NCBI RefSeq assembly: GCF_009914755.1
Contig: NC_060943.1
DNA from: the human T2T-CHM13v2.0 reference genome, Homo sapiens
DNA length: 64,000 nt
Direction: 5' to 3' (one strand)
The position numbers and the translations under genes are program-made. The notes under the pieces are model-generated. The model searched no databases. It saw only the letters and a program-made list of their open reading frames with translations, and was not told the origin of the DNA. Positions 32,401 to 47,048 of this stretch are shown in pieces. How positions within the stretch are numbered: the stretch's first letter is position 1; every line of letters begins with the position of its first letter.

Positions 32401-33186
32401 TTGTAGGCCGGTCACGTAGACCAATCTTGTATGGGTGTCCAGTTGAGGATAATGGGTTGGTCCTGGTTGTCTGCAATGTGAATCTTACCACTGAAGGGTG
32501 GTCCCTGGAGGGAAGCAGGAGGCTGGGAGAACTGGGCGGAACATCCTTTGGGAATGGAGTGGGGCGGGCAGACCCTGATGTCTGGGAAGCTCACAAGGGT
32601 GGAAGACCCCATCTTCCTCCCTGAGAACTGCAAGGTGACCCTCCTGGGGCACTGGAAGGAGTGAAGGCCTCTGGGCTGGGAACGTCAGGGCACTGCACCG
32701 ATGCAGGCAGGATGAGCCGAGGGGAAAGGAGAGCCAGGCATCATTCTCTGGGGACATTTTGGGTTTGATCTGGATGGAGCAGGTGTCTTCTGGGAGAGAG
32801 AGCCCCTGGGATTTTCACTCTGCTCCCTGGCTGTCTTAGTCATGGAATCTGACAACAGAGACTCCTGCCCAGGGCCACTTCATTTGGTTTCTGGAGCCCA
32901 GTGGTCCTTCCTGCCTGGACTTTTGGGGATCTTTTGGGGAAGTTTGGGATCTGGCTGGGCGTCTGCATAATCCATAGAAATCCCTGAGAGTCACTTCCCT
33001 TGGCTGACATCTCCATGTTCCTTACCCATTACCTTCCAAAGGAGACCCTTATCTGAATTACCAAAGGGGGCTTCCCAGAGCAGGGAAACCTGGTTAAATT
33101 TGTATTTCAGATTAACAGTATACTTGAGATGTACTTGAAGTAGAAATGATTGGCTGTGGGTGTCGGCATTTGTTTTTTCTAATTTT

Positions 33187-33288
33187 AAATATGGGACCAT
33201 CATGAATTTGGGTGTCACTTTGTGCAGGGGACGTGGGAATCGCTGTCATTTTTTTTTTTTTTTTAACATATGCTGCCAGAGAAGGCAC
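33187..33288 (-). pseudogene. Degenerate U6 retrocopy
   Basis: AAATATGGGACCATCATGAATTTGGGTGTCAC...CATATGCTGCCAGAGAAGGCAC aligns to the reverse complement of U6. Confidence 0.8.
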
Positions 33289-33470
33289 TTAGGTGGAGAA
33301 ATTACTCTTCGTGTGAGCATTCAGTATATAGAACTTCCTTTTCTGGGGGCAGTGTCTTATATATGATACACATTTTATCATATCATCTTCTATAGATAAT
33401 ATAATGATTAACACAAAACACTCCTCTACACACACAGAATACTCTTGTATCACTTTGGGTTTTTTTTCCT

Positions 33471-33472
<2 letters not shown>

Positions 33473-33522
<50 letters not shown>
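33473..33522. repeat. (GT)n microsatellite
   Basis: Perfect run; shorter paralogous runs at ~39618-39650 and ~43127-43162. Confidence 0.95.
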
Positions 33523-33525
<3 letters not shown>

Positions 33526-33752
33526 GAGACAAGGTCTGGCTCTGTCACCCAGGCTGCAGTGCAGTGTTGCAGTCTTGGCCCATGCCCCACCGCAGCCTCT
33601 GGAATAGCTGTCTGCAGGCCAGGCACGGTAGCTCAGGCATGTCGTCTCAGCACTCTTGGAGACCAAAGCAGGCTAATCACCTGGAGTCAGGAGTTTAAGA
33701 CCAGCCTGGCCAAGATGGTGAAACCTCATTTCTACTAAAAGTACAAAAATTA

Positions 33753-33900
33753 GCCGGGCGCGGTGGCTCACGCCTGTAATCCCAGCTCTTAGGGAGGCAG
33801 AGGCAGGAGGATAGCTTGAGCCCAGGAGTTTGAGACCTGCCTGGGCAATACAGTGAGACCCTGTTCTCCACAAAAAGAAAAGAAAAAAAAGAAAAAAAAA
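33753..33900 (+). pseudogene. BC200 (BCYRN1) retrocopy nested in an Alu linker
   Basis: BC200-diagnostic CCCAGCTCT.AGGGAGG, GGATAGCTTG, GAGACCTGCCTGGGCAATA and GTTCTCCA, plus A-rich tail; imperfect TSD TAAAAGTACAAAAATTAG / TAAAAATGCAAAATTAG. Confidence 0.85.
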
Positions 33901-34533
33901 TTTTAAAAATGCAAAATTAGGTGGGCATCGTGGCACGTGCCTGTAATCCCAGGTACCCCAGAGGCTGAGACAGGAGAATTGCTGGAAACCTGGAGGCAGA
34001 GCTTGCAGTGAGCTGAGATCACGGCCCTGCACTACAGCCTGGGCAACAAAGTGAGACTTGTTTCAAAAAAAAAAAAAAAATTTATTGAGGAGCTTTTATG
34101 GCCTAGCCTGTGTTCTATCCTGGAGAATGTGTGTACAACAGTGTATATTCTTAAACATCATCTTAGATTCCATTTTGGATGCTTGCATGGGGACTGTGTG
34201 TCCCTGTACTGGGACTTATGTGAACACTTGGCTTCAAATCCATTGCTGTTCTCTAGAAATCCAGCCCAATTCTCATGGTTAAATATAAGGTATGTGTGGT
34301 AGGCATTGCTTTTTCTCTTTGGGGACAGAACTCAGGAGGATTGTCTCTTGATGAACAAGGCTAACCTGCTGAGCCTTTGAAGCAAGGAACTGGAGATGGT
34401 CCTTTTAGGGGTTTATATTCTGGATTCCAGAAAACATGCAGAGAGAGTCAATAAATGTATCTTTATTTTTGTGTCCATTTTAACCAGGTAAGGAAAATTC
34501 CGTCAAAAAACCCAGACTTTTGGAGCGAGAAGA

Positions 34534-34616
34534 TCTCATGCAGTCATTCTCCAAAAGAAAGCACTTTCTGTTGTCTGAAAGCAGAGTGCCTTCTTTTGGA
34601 GCGTTACTGTTTGAGA
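34534..34616 (+). ncRNA. MIR515-2: pre-miRNA hsa-mir-515-2
   Basis: Hairpin identical to 28516-28598. Confidence 0.95.
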
Positions 34617-35993
34617 AAAACCACGTTGAAGTTGATGCTGATCTTGGTAACACATTTGCAGAGCGTGCTTATCATCAGACTTGCATGATGTTGGGGTTCT
34701 GTTTTTGTTTAGTTGTTTTGCATCATGGGGTCTCTGTTGCCCAGGCTGGAGTGCGGTGGCGCTTCCAACCTAGATCTCTTGGGCTCAAGTGGTCCCGTGC
34801 TTGCTTTTTTTTTTTTTCTTGAAACAGAGTCTCTGTCTCTGGCCCAGGCTTGAGCGCAGTGGCATGTTATCTGCTCACTGCAACCTCTCCTCCCAAGTAG
34901 ATGGGATTACAGGTGCACGTGCCACGACGCCTGGCTAATATTTGCATTTTTAGCAGAGATGCAGTTTCATCATGATGGCCAGGTTAGTCTCCAACTCCTG
35001 ACCTCAGGTGATCCGCCTGCCTCAGCCTCCCAAAATGCTGAGATTATAGGTGTAAGCCACCCAGCCTAGCCTCCAATTTTTTTTAATGTGTGCTGCCAAT
35101 GCAAGCACATATGTGTAGGAATTATTTTTCATGTGAGCACATAGTATATGGAACTTAATTTTTATTGATGTACGGTCTCAAAAATATATATTTTATCATA
35201 TTCTTATTATACATGTAACATAGTCATATACACACAAAACACTCTTCTATACACAGAGAATACTCTCGTATCACTTTGGGTAATTTTTTGTTTGTGTGTG
35301 TATGTTTTTGTTTTTTTTTTAGATAAGGTCTGGGTCTGTCACCCAGGCTAGAGTGCAGTGGTGCCATCTCAGCTTATTGCAACCTCCACCTGCCACTTCA
35401 GCCTCTTGAGTAGCTGTCTACAGGCGCACACCACCACGCCCGGCTAACTTTTCTGTTTTCTCTACACATGAGGTATCACCATGTTGCCCAGGCTGGTCTC
35501 AAACTCTTGAACTCAAGTGATACTCCTGCCTCAGCCTCCTAAAGGGCTGGGTTTAGAGGTGTGAGCCACCACACCTCACCTGTACCTGTGTGTTTCTGCT
35601 CATTTTATTGAGGAGCTTTTACAGCCTGGCCTGTGGTCTCTCCTGGAGGGTGTTTGTGTGTGTGACAATGCATATTCTTCAACATCGTAGATTCCATTTT
35701 GGATGCCCCCGTCGGGACTGTGTGTCACTGTACTGGAACTCGAGTGAACACTTAGCTCAAAATCTATTGCTGTTCTCTAGAATCCAGCCCAATTCTCATG
35801 GTTAAATATAAGGTATGTATAGTCGGCATTGCTTTTTGAAACAAGGAACTGGAGATGGCCCTGATAGGGGTTTATGTTCTGGATTCCAGAAATCATGCAA
35901 ACAGGGCCAATAAATGCATCTTTATTTTTGTGTCCATTTTAACCTGGTCAAGGAAAATTCCAACAAAAAATCAATGGTGCTGGAGCAAGAAGA

Positions 35994-36080
35994 TCTCAGC
36001 CTGTGACCCTCTAGAGGGAAGCGCTTTCTGTTGTCTGAAAGAAAAGAAAGTGCATCTTTTTAGAGGATTACAGTTTGAGA
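35994..36080 (+). ncRNA. MIR519C: pre-miRNA hsa-mir-519c
   Basis: 3p AAAGTGCATCTTTTTAGAGGAT. Confidence 0.94.
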
Positions 36081-36526
36081 AAAGCAACGTTAACGTTCAT
36101 GCTGATCTCGGCAATACATTTGCAGAGCGTGCTTATCATCAGACTTGGATGAGGGTGGGCTTTTGTTCCTGGTTTGTTTGTTTTCTAAGACGGGGTCTCT
36201 TTTGCCCAGGCTGGAGAGCAGTGGCACTTCCAACCTAACTCTCTTGGGCTCAGGTGGTCCTCTTTGCAGGGTCACGATCTCTGCTCACTACAATCTCCCC
36301 TTCCCGGGTTGAAGTGGTTCTCCCATCTCAGTCTCCTGTGTTGCTGGGAGTACAGGCCCATGCCACCACGCCCGGCTAATTTTTGTATTTTTAGCAGAGA
36401 TGGGGTTTCACCGTGTTGACCAGGATGGTCTCCATCTCCTGACCTCGTAATCCACCTGCCTCGGCCTCCCAAAGTGCTGGGTTTACAGTCATGAACCACT
36501 GCACCCGGCCTTTGATCTTAATTTTC

Positions 36527-36620
36527 AATATGAGACCCATCATGAATTTGGGCATCACCTCTGCACAGGGGCCATGGTGATCTCTGTCACTCCATTCATT
36601 TCTTATGTGTGGAGCAAACA
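36527..36620 (-). pseudogene. Degenerate U6 retrocopy
   Basis: AATATG..CATGAATTTGGGCATCACCTCTGCACAGGGGCCATG, U6 antisense. Confidence 0.78.
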
Positions 36621-38005
36621 TTTATGTGTAGGAGTAATTCTTTATGTGAGCATACAGTATATGGAACTTTCTTTTTTTTTGAGATAGGGTCTGGAAAATA
36701 AATGATGTACAGCCAGGCGCATGAGTATATGAGCAGTTTTTGTGTGTATACGACATGAGCGGTGGCTCATGCCTGCAATATCAACACTTTGGCAGGTTGA
36801 GGCGAGTGGATCACTTGAGGTCAGGAGTTTGAGACCAGCCTGACCAACATGGTGAAACCCTGTCTCTACTAAAAATACAAAAAATTAGCCAGCTATGGTG
36901 GCGCACGCCTGTATTCCCATCTGCTGGGGAAGTTGAGGGAGGAGAATCACTTGAACGGACAGATGGAGGTTGCAGTGAGCCAAGATCACGCCACCACACT
37001 CCAGCCTGGGCGAGAGAATAAGACTGTCTCAAAAAAAAAATATATATATACATATATATTTATATAGAGAGAGAGACTCTGTCTCAAAAAAAAATATATA
37101 TATATGGGTGTGTTTGTGTGTATATATATATTATATATGATGTATATTTCATCATATAGCCATATATATAATTATATACACAAAAAATACTCTTCTACAC
37201 ACAGAGATGACTGATATCACTTTGGGGTGGTTTTTGCTTGTGTGTTCTTTTAAATTTTTTTTTGCAACAAGATCTGGCTCAGTCGCCCAGGTTGGAGTGC
37301 AGTGTTTCAGTCTTGGCTCACTGCAACCTTCGCCTCCCACCCCAGCCTCCTGAATTAGTGTCTACAGGCATGTACCACCACACCTGGCCTACATTTGTAT
37401 TTTTTTACAGACAGGGTTTCACCGTGTTGTACACGCTGGTCTTGAGCTCCTGAGCTCAAGTGAATCTCCTGCCTTGGCCTCCTGATGTGCTGGGATTAGA
37501 GGTATGAGCCACCACACCCAACTGGTACTTGTGTATTCCTGTTCAAATTTTATTGAGGAGCTTTTACCACCTAGCCTGTGGTCTATCCTGGAGGATGTTT
37601 GTGTGTGCGACAATGTATATAGTTCAACATCTTAGATCACATTTTGGATGTTTCCAATGGGACTGTGTGTCTCCGCACTGGAACTCAAATGAACACTTGG
37701 CTCAGAATCCATTTGCTGTTCTCTGGAAATCCAGTCCAATTCTCTTGGTTAAGTATAAGGTATGTCTAGTAGGCATTGCTTTTTCTGTTTGAGAACAAAA
37801 CTCGGGAGGATTGTCCCTTGATGAACAAGGCTAACCTGCTGAGCCTTTGAAGCAAGGAACTGGAGATGGTCCTTTTCAGGCGTTTTATTCTGGATTCCAG
37901 AAAACATGCAAACAGGGCCACTAAATGCATCTTTATTTTTCTGTCCATTTAAACCTGGTCAAAGAAAATTCCAACACGAAACCCAGAGTGCTGGAGCAAG
38001 AAGAT

Positions 38006-38092
38006 CTCAAGCTATGAGTCTACAAAGGAAAGCGCTTTCTGTTGTCAGAAAGAAGAGAAAGCGCTTCCCTTTTGAGGGTTACGGTTTGAGAA
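38006..38092 (+). ncRNA. MIR1283-1: pre-miRNA hsa-mir-1283-1
   Basis: 5p TCTACAAAGGAAAGCGCTTTCT. Confidence 0.94.
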
Positions 38093-39615
38093 AAGCAGTG
38101 TTGAAGTTGATGCTGATCTTGGTAATACATTTGCAGAGCATGCTTATCATCAGACTTGGATGATAGCGGGGTTATGTTTTGGTTTTGTGTTTTTCTAAGA
38201 CAGGGTCTCCGTTGCCCAGGCTGGAGTGCGGTGGCACTTCCAACCTAGCTCTCTTGGGCTCAAGTGATCCTCTTTTTATTTATTTATGTATTCATTTTTG
38301 AGATGGAGCCTGGCTCTGTCACCCAGGCTGGAGTAGAGTGGGATGATCTCCACTCATTGCATCCTCTGCCTCCCAGGTTCCAGAAATTCTCCCACCTCCG
38401 TGTCACTAGTAGCTGGGATTACAAATGCTCACCACTATGACCTGCCAGTTTTTGTACTTTTGGCACAGACGGGGTTTCACCATGTTTGCGGGGCTGGTCT
38501 CAACTCCTGACCTCAAGTGATCTGCCTCCTTGGCCTCCCACAGTGCTGGGGATTATAGATATAAGCCACCGTGCCCGGCCCATTCCTGTCTTTTTAATTT
38601 AATCTGCTCGTCCCTGACATCGAAAATTTTTCTTGCTTAACAGCTTCCACTTATTTCTCGGAATAGACCTTTTTCTGCAGGAAGGGTGTAGTTGATTCAA
38701 CCCTCACCCACTCATGCCAACCGTAGTGAGTGCTGTGACTGCAGCTGCACTGTTTATCCTGTTTTCTGCAGGTAATTTTTCCAGTGTACCATTCCAACCT
38801 GCAAAACCTCACATTTAAATGCAAATTTCTTGGTAAGCTGTGAAATGTTGGCTGTGGCTAATATGAGAAACAAGCTATTATAGACAAGATGAATCTCAGT
38901 TGCAGTGATAAATGTCACATGGGACAAAACCACAGATACTTTCACAAAAACCTTGAGGACCCTAGAAGGGCCTCCCTAGTAACAGGTGGGATGCGCATCC
39001 GCTCTTGTTGCCATAGTGAGTGATGCCTGTTCGTCCAGCCCTCAACACCTTTCACTCCGTGGAAGTTATGCCTGCACTGGTTTACAGAACCTCCCTTGAC
39101 TTGACTTGAGGTAGAGTTGAAGGGAACCTCAGTGTCCCTTGCAGATGGGATGTGCATTGCTTCGCAAGAGCACGGAGGTGGAGTGCATGGGCTTTGAGTT
39201 TTTATTGGGTAAATGAAGCTGAAATACAGGGTGTATGACCACGTTATCAACGCACACTTGATTTAGGTTTTGTATTTTAGAGACGGGGGTGTGAGCTGCC
39301 AAAGCAAGGACTTATGTGTAGGAATTATTCTTTCTGTGAGCATACAGTATATGGAACTTTCTTTCTTTTGAGACAGGGTCTCAAAAATATATGATGTATG
39401 GCCAGGTGCGGTGGATCACGCCTGTAATCCCAGCAGTTTGTGAGGCCGAGGCGGGTGGATAACCTGAGATCAGGAGGGCGAGACCAGACTGGCCAACATG
39501 GTGAAACCATGTCTCTGCTAAAAATACAAAAAATTAGCCAGGGCTGGTGGCGCACACCTGTAGTCTCAGCTACTCCGGAGGGTGAGGCAGGAGACTATCA
39601 CTTTGAGTGTGTGTC

Positions 39616-39652
<37 letters not shown>

Positions 39653-40401
39653 TTCTAGTTTTTACAAGACACGGCCTGACTATATCACCGAGGCTGGAGT
39701 GCAGTGGTGCAATGTTGGCTCACTGCAACCTCCACCTGCCACCGCAGCCTCCTGAATTAGTGTCTACAGGTATGCACCACCACACCTGGCTCACTTTTGT
39801 ATTTTTTGTACAGATGAAGCTTCACCATGTTGCCCAGGCTTGTCTGGAACTCTTGAGCTCAAGTGATCCTCTCACTTCGGCGTCCTGAAGTGCTGGGGTT
39901 AGAGATGTGAGCCACCGCACCCAACAGGTACTTGTGTATTTTTTTATTGAGGAGCTTTTACAGCGTAGCCTGTGGTCTCTCCTGGAGGATGTTTGTGTGT
40001 GCGACAATGTACATTCTTCAACATCTTAGATTCCATTTTGGATGCCCCCATGGGTACTACATGTGCCTATACTGGAACTCAAGTGAACACTTGGCTCAAA
40101 ATCCATTGCTGTTCTCTAGAAATTCAGTTCGATTCTCTTGGTTAAAGATAAGGTATGAGTAGTAGGCATTGCTTTTTCTCTTTGGGGGCAAAACTCAGGA
40201 GGATTGCCCCTTGATGAACAAGGCTAACCTGCTGAGCCTTTGAAAGAAGGAACTGGAGATGGTCCTTTTAGGGGGTTTATATTCTGGATTCCAGAAAACA
40301 TGCAAACAGGGCCAGGAAAAATGCATCTTTATTTTTGTGTCCATTTAAACCTGGTCAAGGAAAATTCCAACAATAAACCCAGAGTGCTGGAGCAAGAAGA
40401 T

Positions 40402-40486
40402 CTCAGGCTGTGACCCTCCAGAGGGAAGTACTTTCTGTTGTCTGAGAGAAAAGAAAGTGCTTCCCTTTGGACTGTTTCGGTTTGAG
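40402..40486 (+). ncRNA. MIR520A: pre-miRNA hsa-mir-520a
   Basis: 5p CTCCAGAGGGAAGTACTTTCT; 3p AAAGTGCTTCCCTTTGGACTGT. Confidence 0.95.
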
Positions 40487-40666
40487 TAAAGCAGCGTTGA
40501 AGTTGATGCTGATCTTGGTAATACATTTGCAGAGCACGCTCATCATCAGACTCGGATGATGTTGGGGTTCTGATTTTGTTTTTCTCCAAGACAGGGTCTC
40601 TGTTGCCCAGGCTGGAGTGCAGTGGCAGTTCCAACCTAGCTCTCCTGGGCCCAAGAGACCCTCTAT

Positions 40667-40701
<35 letters not shown>

Positions 40702-40743
40702 TTCATTCATTCATTCATTTAGAGATGGAATCTGGCTCTGTGA

Positions 40744-40929
<186 letters not shown>

Positions 40930-41868
40930 TGACTTCAAGTGATCTGCCTCCCTGGCTTCCCAAAGTGCTGGTATTACAGGCGTGAGCCACTGTGTCCGGC
41001 CTCAAGTGGTCTTCCTGAGTCAGCCTCCCAAGTAGTTGGGATTACATGGGGCGTGACACAACACTTGGTTCAGCTTTTAATTTTTGGTAGAGATGGGGTC
41101 TCTGTTGCTCAGGACGGTCTCAACTCCTGAGCTCAAGCGATCCTACAAGGTGTGAGCCACCTTGTCCTGATGACCCATTTCAAAGATAGTTGACTTGGCC
41201 AGGCATCATGGGGCACACAGTCCCAGTTACTGCAGGGGCCGGGGCGGGAGGGTGCTTTGATTTTAAGGCTATACCGTGCACAGATCCCACCTTTGAATAG
41301 CCACTGCACTCCAGCCTGGGCCAACATAGCAAGATCCCATTTCTTTAAAAACAGATTACATAGCACCTGGTCCCACAGATTTCATTTGGGTTGGTCATGT
41401 CATACAATGGCCTCCCATCAATTTAGTATAATCAATCCAAACCATGGTTCCTTCATTAAGAGAGTGGGTAATCCTCCAAGTCCATCCAGTCTATTCTGTA
41501 ATCCCCAATGGGTGTCCGTATTGATACAATTTCTTTTTGTTCCTGTTCACTCGTGTCTTTTTAGTGTAATCTGCTTGTCCGTAACACTGAAATTTGTTTT
41601 TCCCCAACATCTTGCCATCATTTCTCGGAATAGACCTGCTTTCTCTGCAGGAAGGGTGTAGTTGATTCAACCCTCACCCACTAATGCCAACCCCAGTGAG
41701 TTCTTTGACTGTAGCTGCCATGTTTATCCTATTTTCTTTGGGTAACGATTCCAAGGTACCATTCCAATGGGCTTAAACCTTGCATCTAAATGCCAGTTAC
41801 TTGCTAAGATGTCAAATGTGTCTTATATTAGCTGTGGCTAATATAAGAAACTGTTGTAGACAAGATGA

Positions 41869-42375
<507 letters not shown>

Positions 42376-42410
42376 TAGAAATTATTCGGGCACTGGTTTA
42401 TAGAACCTCA

Positions 42411-42856
<446 letters not shown>

Positions 42857-42866
42857 TAATTAGGTG

Positions 42867-42964
42867 AATATGGGACCAGCATGGACTTGGGTGTCGCCTT
42901 TGTGCAGTGGCCAGGATATTCTATGTCATTTAAATTTTTTTATGTGTACTTCCAAAGCAAGCAG
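42867..42964 (-). pseudogene. Degenerate U6 retrocopy
   Basis: Paralogue of 33187-33288; an Alu is inserted at its end with TSD AATATGGGAC(T/C)AG (42535, 42867). Confidence 0.72.
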
Positions 42965-43910
42965 TTATGTATAGGAATTATTCTTCCTATAAGCATGCAA
43001 TATTTGGAACTTTCTTTGAGACAGGGTCTCAAAAATACATGATGTATATTTCATTTTATATTCTTATATATTATGTACACACAAAATACTCTTCTAAACA
43101 CAGAGAATACTCCGATATCACCTAGGGTGTGTGTGCGTGTGCGTGTGTGTGCGTGTGTGTGTGGTTCTTTTCTGAGACAATATCTGCCTCTGTCACCCAA
43201 GATGGAGTGTGGTGGTGCGATCTCGGCTTACTGCAACCTCCACCTCCCACCTAAGCCTGCTGAATTAGTCTCTACAGGCATGCACCACCACACCTGGCTA
43301 ACTTCTGTAATTTTTGTACACATGGGGTCTCGCCATGTTGCCGGGGCTGGTCTCGAGCTCCTGAGGCAGGTGATCCTCCTGCCTGGGCCTCCTAAAGTTC
43401 GAGGAGTTAGAGGTCTGAGCCACTGGGCCCCACTTGTACTTGTGTATTTCTGCTCAAATTTTATTGAGTAGTTTTTACATCCTAGCCTGTGATCTACTCT
43501 GGAGAGTGTTTGTGCATATGACAGTGTATATTCTTCAACATCGTAGACTCCATTTTGGATGCTCCCTTCGTGACTGTGGGTCCTGTACTGGAACTCGAGT
43601 GAACACTTGGCTTAAAATCCATTGCTGTTCTCCAGAAATCCTGCCCAATTTTCTCGGTTAAAGGTACGTGTAGTAGGCATTGCTTTTTCTCTTTGGGGAC
43701 AAAACTCAGGAGGATTGCCCCTTGATGAACAAGGCTAACCTGCTGATTCTTTGAAGCAAGGAACTGGAGATGGTCCTTATAGAGTTTTATATTCTGGATT
43801 CCATAAAACATGCATACAGGGTCAATAAATGCATCTTTATTTTTGTGTCTATTTTAACTTGGTCAAAGAAAATTCCAGGAAAAAATCCACGGCATCGGAG
43901 CAAGAAGATG

Positions 43911-43993
43911 TCAGGCTGTGACCCTCTTGAGGGAAGCACTTTCTGTTGTCTGAAAGAAGAGAAAGTGCTTCCTTTTAGAGGCTTACTGTCTGA
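43911..43993 (+). ncRNA. MIR526B: pre-miRNA hsa-mir-526b
   Basis: 5p CTCTTGAGGGAAGCACTTTCTGT; 3p GAAAGTGCTTCCTTTTAGAGGC. Confidence 0.94.
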
Positions 43994-44730
43994 GAAAAGC
44001 AACGTTGTAGTTGATGCTGATCTTCGTAATATCTTTGCAGAGCACGCTTATAATCAGACTTGGATGATGTTGGGGTTTTGTTTTTCTTTTGTTTTTTTAT
44101 CTAAGACTGGGTCTCTGTTGCCCAGGCTGAAGTGCAGTGGCACAATCTTGGCTCACCACAACCTCCGCCTCCCGGGTTCAAGTGATTCTTCTGCCTCAGC
44201 CTCCCAAGTAGCTGGGATTATAGGACTGCGCCACCATGCCTGGCTAATTTTGTATTTTTAGTAGAGACAGGGTTTCTTTAGGAGCTTTTAAGGCCTCCCT
44301 TGTAGTCTATCCTGGAGGATGTTTGTGTGTGCAACAATGTATATTCTTCAACATGGTAGATTCCATTTTGACTGCTCTAATCAGGACTGTGTGTCCCTGT
44401 GCTGGAAATCAAGTGAACACTTGGCTGAAAATCCACTGCTGTTCTCTAGAAATCCAGCCCAATTCTCTTGGTTAAATATAAGGTATGCATAGTAGGCATT
44501 GCTTTTTCTTTCTGGACACAAAACTCAGGAGGATTTCCCCTTGATGAACAAGGCTAACCTGCTGAGCCTTTGTAGGAAGGAACGGGAGATGGTCTTTTTA
44601 GGGGTCTATGTTCTGGATTCCAGAAAACATGCAAACAGAGCCAATAAATAGGTCTTTATTTTTGTCTCTATTTTAACCTGGTCAAGGAAAATTTCTACAA
44701 AAAACCCAGGGTGCTGGAGCAAGAGGATCC

Positions 44731-44811
44731 CATGCTGTGACCCTCTAGAGGGAAGCGCTTTCTGTTGTCTGAAAGAAAAGAAAGTGCATCCTTTTAGAGG
44801 TTTACTGTTTG
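44731..44811 (+). ncRNA. MIR519B: pre-miRNA hsa-mir-519b
   Basis: 3p AAAGTGCATCCTTTTAGAGGTT. Confidence 0.94.
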
Positions 44812-46145
44812 AGGAAAGCAACGGTGAAGTTGATGCTGATCTTGGTAATACATTTGCAGAGCATGCTTATCATCAGACTTGGATGATGGTGGGATTCTGT
44901 TTTTATTTTGTTTTTTTTTCTAAGACAGAGTCTCTCTTGCCCAGGCTGGAGTAGGGTAGCACTTCCAACGTAGATCTTTTAGGCTCAAACGGTCCTCTTT
45001 TTTTTTTTTTTTTTTGAGGCGGAGTCTTGCTCTGTGACCCAGACGAGAGTGCAATGGCGCGATCTTGTGTGCAAGCTCACCTCCTGAGTTCAAGCAATTC
45101 TTCTGCCCCAGCCTCCCAAGTAGCTGGGACTACAGGTGCCTGCCACCACTTCCAGCTAATTTTTGTATTTTTAGTAGAGACAGGGTTTCACCACGTTGGC
45201 CAGGCTGGTCTCAAACTACTGACCTCAAGATCCACCCACCTCAGCCTCCCAAAGTGCTGGGATTACAGGCGTGGGCCACTGTGCCCAGCGGTCCTCTTTT
45301 TTGAGATGGAGTCTTGCTCTGTGACCCAGGCTGGAGTGCAGTGGCAGGAACTTCGCTCCCTGTACCCTCCACCTCCCAGATTCAAGCCATTCTCTCCTGA
45401 GTCAGCCTCCCTAGTAGCTGAGATCGCAGACATGAGCCACCATACCCAGCTAATTTTTGTATTTTTATTATTTATTTATTTACTCATCGATTTTTGAAAC
45501 AGAGTCTTACTCTGTCCATCAGGCTGGAGGTCAGTGGCACAATCCCACGTTCAAGCAATTCTCCTGCCTCATCCTCCCGAGTAGCTGGGATCACAGGCGC
45601 ACACCACCACGCCCGGCTAATTTTTGTGTTTTTTTTGTTTGTTCGTTTTTTTTTTTTTTTGTAGAGACAGGGTTTCAACATGTTGGCCAGCCCAGTCTCC
45701 AACTCCTGACCTTAAGTGAGCCCATACACAATCAAGAAGAGAGCGAGACCTGTTCTTTTTTTCTGTCTTTGACTATTTGAGACAGTCTTGCTCTGTCACC
45801 CGAGATGGAGTACATTAGTGTGATCTTGGCTCACTGCAACCTCTGCCTCCTGGACTCAAGCAATTCTCTTTTTTTTTTTTTGGAGAAAGAGCCTCTCTGT
45901 GTCTCCCAGGCTGGACTGCAGTGGTGTGATCTCAGCTCACTGCAACCTCAGCCTTCCAAGTAGCTGGGATTGCAGACATGTACCCCCATACCAGCTATAT
46001 ATATATATGTATTTTAGACACAGTTTCACCATGTTAGCCAGGCCATTCTTGAATCCTGACGTCAGGTGATTTGCCGACGTAGGCCTCCCGAAGTGCTGGG
46101 ATTACAGGTATGAGCCACTGCACTCAGCCTTTTTTCCTAATTTTG

Positions 46146-46239
46146 AATATGGGACCCATTATGAATTTGGGTGTCACCTATGTGCGGGGGCTATGGAAAT
46201 CTCTGTCACCCCATTCATTTGTGTGTGCTGTCAAAGCAC
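46146..46239 (-). pseudogene. Degenerate U6 retrocopy
   Basis: AATATGGGACCCATTATGAATTTGGGTGTCACC...GTGTGCTGTCAAAGCAC. Confidence 0.75.
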
Positions 46240-47048
46240 CAATATGTGGGAATTATGCTTTATGTGAGCATATAGTATATGGAACTTTGGTTTTTTTTTA
46301 TACAGGGTCTCAAAAAAAAATGAGTATATTTCATCACAATGTTCTGTGTATAATTCCATACACACAAAATAGTCTTCTATACACAGAGAACACTCTTATA
46401 TCACTTTGGAGTTGTTTTTGTTTGTGTATTTTGTTTTAATTTTTATGAGACAGGGCCTGGCTATGTCGCTGAGGCTGGAGGGCAGTGGTGAGATCTTGGC
46501 TCACTGCAACCTCCACCTGCCACCTCAGCCTCCTGGATTAGTGTCTACAGGCAGGCACCACCACCCCTGGGTAAGTTCTGTATTTTTGGTACTGATGAGG
46601 TTTCAGCACGTTCCACAGGCTGGACTCTTAACTCCTGCGATCAAGTGATCCTCCCGCTGTTCAAATTTTACTGAGGAGCTTTTAAGGCCTCGCCTGTGGT
46701 CTGTCCTGTAGTGTCCCTGTCCTGGAACTCAAGTGAATACTTGGTTTAAAATTGATTGCTGTTCTCTAGAAATCCAGCCCAATTCTCTTGGTTAAATATA
46801 AGGTATGTGTAGTAGGCACTGCTTTTTCTTTCTGGAGGCGAAACTCAGGAGGATTGCCCCTTGATGAACAAGGCTAACCTACTGAGCCTTTGAAGCAAGG
46901 AACTGGAGATGGTCGTTTTAGGGGTTTATGTTCTGGATTCCAGAAAACATGGAAACAGGGCCAATAAATGCATCTTTATTTTTGTGTCCATTTTAACCCA
47001 GTGAAGGAAGATTTCAACCAAAAACCCACGGTGCTGGAGCAAGAAGAT

